64,000 nucleotides of DNA from Diplonema japonicum. Taxonomy: Eukaryota; Protista; Euglenozoa: Diplonemea. This document shows positions 59,644-64,000 of this stretch, piece after piece; position 1 is the stretch's first letter, and each line of letters opens with the position of its first letter. The notes under the pieces were generated by a model. It saw nothing but the letters and a program-made list of their open reading frames with translations. It did not search any database and was not told the origin of the DNA. The stretch covers positions 186,001-250,000 of the forward strand of contig OZ025690.1 in NCBI GenBank assembly GCA_964019335.1, given 5' to 3'. The position numbers and the translations under genes are program-made.

Positions 59644-60586
59644 AAAAAAAAATAAAAGCTGTAAAAAATACTGTCATTAAACACCTATTGTGGCTTACAC
59701 TTTTAATTTAATTTTATCTGCATAGGTAGAAGAAAAAAAAAAAGAAGGAAAAAAAAAAGGGGGGGGGAGAAAATGGTGTCTTTTAACATGCTTTTTAAAA
59801 AAACGCACTTGCCCGGCCATGTCGACCAATTCTGCCTAAAAGAACTGGCTTCCCTCTTGTACTACTAGTCGAAGCCACTCAACCACCTCAGCACCTGCCC
59901 CAGTGGGGGTGCTCACCGTTCAGGAAGAAATTCACATAATCTGTCACCGTTCTGCGGATGCTGTCTGGCGGCTGCTTGTCGTGATGAGATGGGCCTCGGT
60001 CATGGCCCTCGCCACCCGACGGATCTGGTGCTTGCGCTCGCGTTCCGGCATGGCACCCAGCCCCACCACGAAATTCCAGCCTTTCCCGATCGCCGGCAGC
60101 CATCTTCTCATCAGGGTCCCCACTGGCCCAGGGCTTCAATATCGCACTCCCGGTACAGGGCGGCACACCTCCCAAGAAAAAAAAGAAAAAAACAAACCGC
60201 ACTACTTGGAAAGATGCGCCTATCAGGAAAAATGGGGAATTGTAGCCGATTTCATTTTTTTTTTTTTAAAAAAAAAAAAAAGAGAAAGAAAAGAGTTGGT
60301 TTTTATTTTTGTTTGCGCACTACTGCACGCTACCATTACTCTTTTTTTTTTCTTTTTTTTTTTTTTTTGCCTAACAAGAAACTGAGCTGTTACACTACTT
60401 TTTTTGATGTTATTGTTCTGGAAAAAGAACAAAAACAGCCTGAGATGTTGCAAACTTGCAGGGGTAGAGGGGGGGGGGGGGGGGGGTCACATGGTAGTGG
60501 TAAAGTGGTTTTTTTTTTTCAAATTCGCAAAGTACTGCTCATTTTCAAAAAAAGCTTAAGAAACGGGGGGGGGGGGGGGGGGGGGG

Positions 60587-60774
60587 GGGCTATGCTGGCA
60601 AGAAACGGGGAAACATTTCCGTTTCCCTTATTTTCCCGATACTTAAGGAAACGCGTTTCCTATTTAAGAGGAAACGTGTTCCCTTCTTAAGGAAACGGCC
60701 CCCAAAATAAGGAAACGTTTCCGTTTCAAAAAAAAAAAAGCTTGGAAACGCGTTTCCTTGCCAGAATAGCCCTG
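60587..60774. mobile_element. MITE (~190 bp), possibly hAT-like, inserted in a G-tract
   Basis: TIRs GGGCTATGCTGGCAAG-AAACG / CGTTTCCTTGCCAGAATAGCCCTG; internal GGAAACG(C)GTTTCC palindromes. Confidence 0.7.
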
Positions 60775-60796
60775 GGGGGGGGGGGGGGGGGGGGGC

Positions 60797-63700
60797 TTAA
60801 TTCGCGAATATCCTAGCCATCTTATCGGCGATATCTTTTCTCTTTTCAAGCTTTTTAAGATAGTTTTTTTTCTTGTCCAGCTCGCTCTTGTGATTTAAGA
60901 GGGTGGCCTCCGCCTGCTGCTTCTGTACCAGGTTCTTCACCTGTTCCAAACCAATACTGCCTTGCTTCCGTCGGGACTCTTGTTGTGCCTGCTGAACCAC
61001 CCTCTCAGCCTTGGTAACTTCCCCTTGCGCAGCTTCAATGAGTTTCTGGTGTTCGTACGCTGTAGCCGCTGTTTCTTCCTTTTGCCCATTCACGTGGGAG
61101 GCAGAGGAGCGGCCTTGACGGTCTGTTATATTTTTATCGAAGCCCGCATTCAACAAAATATTCAATTTCAAGATATGATCGCGAAGCGACACCTCGTCGC
61201 CCATGTGCACGGCGTGGTGGAGCGCTGTCCAACCGTTCTTGCCATCCTTTAGGTTCTTATCCAAATCCTTCCTCCCGACCAGCGAGTTTATAACACCCTC
61301 CGACGCGTTGTGTATGAAAGCAATATGAATGGCAGCGTACCCCTCATGCGACTTTGCGTTGATATCTACTCTATCGCCCATCTTTAAAATTGCATTCACG
61401 CACTCCAAGCAGTCGGAACAGTTTGGCTTTGCGATGTGCGTCATAAGCGGGGTACGATGTTCGTTATCTTTGATGTTCACATTTTCTGGATGGTCTTGAA
61501 TAAGGTTTCGAAGTGTAGAGATATTCGCGGTGTGCCAAGGGGTCTGTCCTTCTTTGTTTTTGACGGTGTGATCGGCCCCATTCTCCAGGAGGGCGCGGTA
61601 CTGGGTTTCGTTGGAACAATTGTGTAGAGCGGTGTTGCCTGTATCATCCTCAGTTTGTGTTTTGCACAGATCAGGATGTTGTTGTAATATTGCTTTAAGG
61701 ATTGTGTTAGCCGCTTCATTGTCGTGTTTGACTATTTCTGGTATGTAGTTGTTTCCGGTGATGTTTAGTCTACCGGTGTCGAAAAGAGCCTTTGCAAACG
61801 GTTCGTTGCCGTGTTGTAATGCTGTCACGAGCGGGGGCGGGACGTTCATTTCATGGTTCCAATCGCCTAAGCGCCACGCATGCAAATTAGATTCCTGCGT
61901 CTTAAGAATGTATTTCAACATCGGTAGCGAGTCGTCGTTGGCATCCTTCAGGAGGAGGTGTATCGGGGTGTGCCCGTCGTCTTGCAGCATCGCTTCGGGA
62001 GGGATGTCATCGTGTTTCAAAAGCATCTTTAACATTTTGAAATGCTTCGTCCCGCACGCCACGTGAAGAGCGGTGTTCTCAGAGGTGATCTCCTTCACGC
62101 TGTCGAACATCGCTAAGACTTCCTCAAGCTTGTCAACATCAACGTTCTCCACATGCAGCATCCCGTTGTAGATCATCTGACATTGTTTTGGCGAGAACTT
62201 GCACGATTTGATTAGTTTATACGCGTTCTGGTCGTCCTTCCTCGCCCAGTCTTCTCCTATGAAGACGCACGTGTCATCTTCCAAGGTGGTCCCGTACATC
62301 TCCTGCATCTCTATCCTGGCTGCCCAGTCTCTTGTTTGATCCAGGTTTTTGCCGGTCGGAAGGCGTCGATTTAACAGATTGTTCAGATGTCCTTCGCGTA
62401 TGCTGAATTTCTCGCACCAACCCGCCACTTGTGACTTAAACAACCCGGATAGCAGTATTGGGGTGAGGGCTATGGTCGCGATGGAGACAGCGAGAGCCCA
62501 TGATCTCCCGTCGGCGGTGTCCCACGGCCGCAACGCAATGACAATCCCCAGGATTGAAAACAAAGCCTTCACGGTTAACGAGCCCATGCCGTGGTCGGAG
62601 GTGTACAAGATGGAGTAGATCGATTCTGACCAATGCCTCTTCAAAACACCAGTTTCCAAAAAAACCTCCGCCGCAAGAAGCGCGAAAATAAACGCCAGGC
62701 AGAGAATCCCGTACACATTCGCCAGATACACCCATGAGGCGGTGTGGCAGACAAAATCTAACATTCCAATGGCAACGAGGTATTTTTCAGCGGATGCTAT
62801 TTTTTCAGGGATATCGACTGAGGAACAAGCGCGAAGTGCTATCCTCTTGCTGTCCATCACCAAGACTCCCAAGGGCGCGAACAACGCGGTGACGGCGGGC
62901 AGCACATACAAGAAGTTTGATGAAATCGAGGATCCCGACACACAGCTTGCAAACACTGCCCGCGCCACACCCGGCACCAGGATCCAGTTGTTAAGCATCG
63001 TTGTTAGCGGTGTTTTTTGCGAGAAAAACCGGTAGATTTCAAGGTCGAAAAACTGGGCCACAGCACGGGTCCCTCCTTGCTTCATTGGAACCCACAACCA
63101 CAACGAGCTGAGCAATCCGTACACCACCTCAAAACCAACGATCAAAAACCCCGTTGAACTCCCTGCGTAAAATTCCTTCGCGGCGATAAACACCTCCACC
63201 AGCTTCGGTATCTGGTACACGGTACAGTACATGCTAAGCGTGCTGGTGGCAGTCTCCGTGACGCCAAAGACGTCTGGGTCGCCAAGGTCGTCCTGCTCGA
63301 TATCGTTGATGGCAAGCCCCTGGTACCCTCTGCTTTGAGCACCGCTTTTGCAGAGCAACCCTGCCACACATGGAAACACCCCCAATAGTAGTATACTTGC
63401 TGCCCCGACGATTATCCACGGGGTGTAGGCATTGTTTTTATCATGTTTACTAGTTTCCCCACTCGGTACCGGTGTTGTCGCTGGTACTGGGCTTGGGCTT
63501 GGTGTGTCTGGTGACATGGTTGTGGGCATGGGTGATGGTGCTGGTGGTGATGGCGTTGAAATCGGTATGATTGTCCCCGAGCCACCGGTGCATTTAAACA
63601 CCTTTTTACTACTGCACGCTGTTGGGTTGCTGCAGTGAACCGTTACGTTCTTGCAATGCGTGCCCGAGAAGACCGTCCCCGTGCAGCTTTGAGGGCCCTC

Positions 63701-64000
63701 GCAAAACAGGTTGTACTGCGCTAGACTGTTCACCGAGAACCTGTTGCCAATACACGCCTTGTTCGATTTGCAGTATACAGACACTGATGGATCGGCCTTG
63801 TTCGAAGGAAAGCTCCATGTGTTGTTATGGCAGACGTCCTCTGCCTCACAGTGGACCTCCCGAAGAACGCCTGGCCGTAGATTCTCCAGGGTGATTTGGT
63901 TGCTGGAGAAGGAACCCAGTGCGTTGCCCACTGTCACGTTGAAGAGATCGGCGTTATAGACACTGATTTGCATGTTGTTGCAAGACTCCTTTGAAAGGCA
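60797..64000 (-). CDS. Receptor-like protein: Cys-rich ectodomain, Pro/Thr stalk, multiple TM helices, cytoplasmic ankyrin repeats and coiled coil (5' end probably outside the window)
   Basis: 1058-aa ORF that stays open to the window edge (CLSKESCNN-M). It has Cx5C repeats, a TPSPPAPSP stalk, hydrophobic helices, and G.TALH/TPIH/TPLM repeats. Confidence 0.82.
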   Translation of the reverse strand, partial: CLSKESCNNMQISVYNADLFNVTVGNALGSFSSNQITLENLRPGVLREVHCEAEDVCHNNTWSFPSNKADPSVSVYCKSNKACIGNRFSVNSLAQYNLFCEGPQSCTGTVFSGTHCKNVTVHCSNPTACSSKKVFKCTGGSGTIIPISTPSPPAPSPMPTTMSPDTPSPSPVPATTPVPSGETSKHDKNNAYTPWIIVGAASILLLGVFPCVAGLLCKSGAQSRGYQGLAINDIEQDDLGDPDVFGVTETATSTLSMYCTVYQIPKLVEVFIAAKEFYAGSSTGFLIVGFEVVYGLLSSLWLWVPMKQGGTRAVAQFFDLEIYRFFSQKTPLTTMLNNWILVPGVARAVFASCVSGSSISSNFLYVLPAVTALFAPLGVLVMDSKRIALRACSSVDIPEKIASAEKYLVAIGMLDFVCHTASWVYLANVYGILCLAFIFALLAAEVFLETGVLKRHWSESIYSILYTSDHGMGSLTVKALFSILGIVIALRPWDTADGRSWALAVSIATIALTPILLSGLFKSQVAGWCEKFSIREGHLNNLLNRRLPTGKNLDQTRDWAARIEMQEMYGTTLEDDTCVFIGEDWARKDDQNAYKLIKSCKFSPKQCQMIYNGMLHVENVDVDKLEEVLAMFDSVKEITSENTALHVACGTKHFKMLKMLLKHDDIPPEAMLQDDGHTPIHLLLKDANDDSLPMLKYILKTQESNLHAWRLGDWNHEMNVPPPLVTALQHGNEPFAKALFDTGRLNITGNNYIPEIVKHDNEAANTILKAILQQHPDLCKTQTEDDTGNTALHNCSNETQYRALLENGADHTVKNKEGQTPWHTANISTLRNLIQDHPENVNIKDNEHRTPLMTHIAKPNCSDCLECVNAILKMGDRVDINAKSHEGYAAIHIAFIHNASEGVINSLVGRKDLDKNLKDGKNGWTALHHAVHMGDEVSLRDHILKLNILLNAGFDKNITDRQGRSSASHVNGQKEETAATAYEHQKLIEAAQGEVTKAERVVQQAQQESRRKQGSIGLEQVKNLVQKQQAEATLLNHKSELDKKKNYLKKLEKRKDIADKMARIFAN

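Noticed and set aside
59800-60175. GC-rich island with short ORFs
   Set aside because: No recognisable motif or repeat partner in the window.

Overview
This is eukaryotic nuclear DNA, most likely from a euglenozoan and probably a diplonemid (inference). Every supportable protein-coding gene lies on the minus strand, forming a directional gene cluster. Several genes carry tiny GT-AG introns (39-64 nt, mostly GTATG donors), and the intergenic DNA is full of A/T/G homopolymers. Host genes include a partial ABCA transporter, a NAK-family kinase, a PPR-like protein, a zinc-finger protein, a mitochondrial OB-fold protein resembling kinetoplastid KREPA editosome subunits, a 5-intron kinesin, an acyl-CoA dehydrogenase, several hypotheticals, a Cys-rich/multi-TM/ankyrin receptor-like protein, and four copies of a ubiquitin-like + ankyrin-repeat gene whose variation is concentrated at predicted binding-surface positions. 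Mobile DNA is abundant: one near-full-length APE-RT non-LTR retrotransposon carries a 2A-like peptide, and about nine further LINE fragments are all co-oriented with the genes; the well-resolved copies lack poly(A) tails and sit against T-tracts. There is also a decayed pogo-like transposon, MITEs, and a Helentron/HINE-like repeat family, one locus of which shows a reconstructable internal inversion. No database searches were possible, so family assignments rest on motif recognition and manual alignment.
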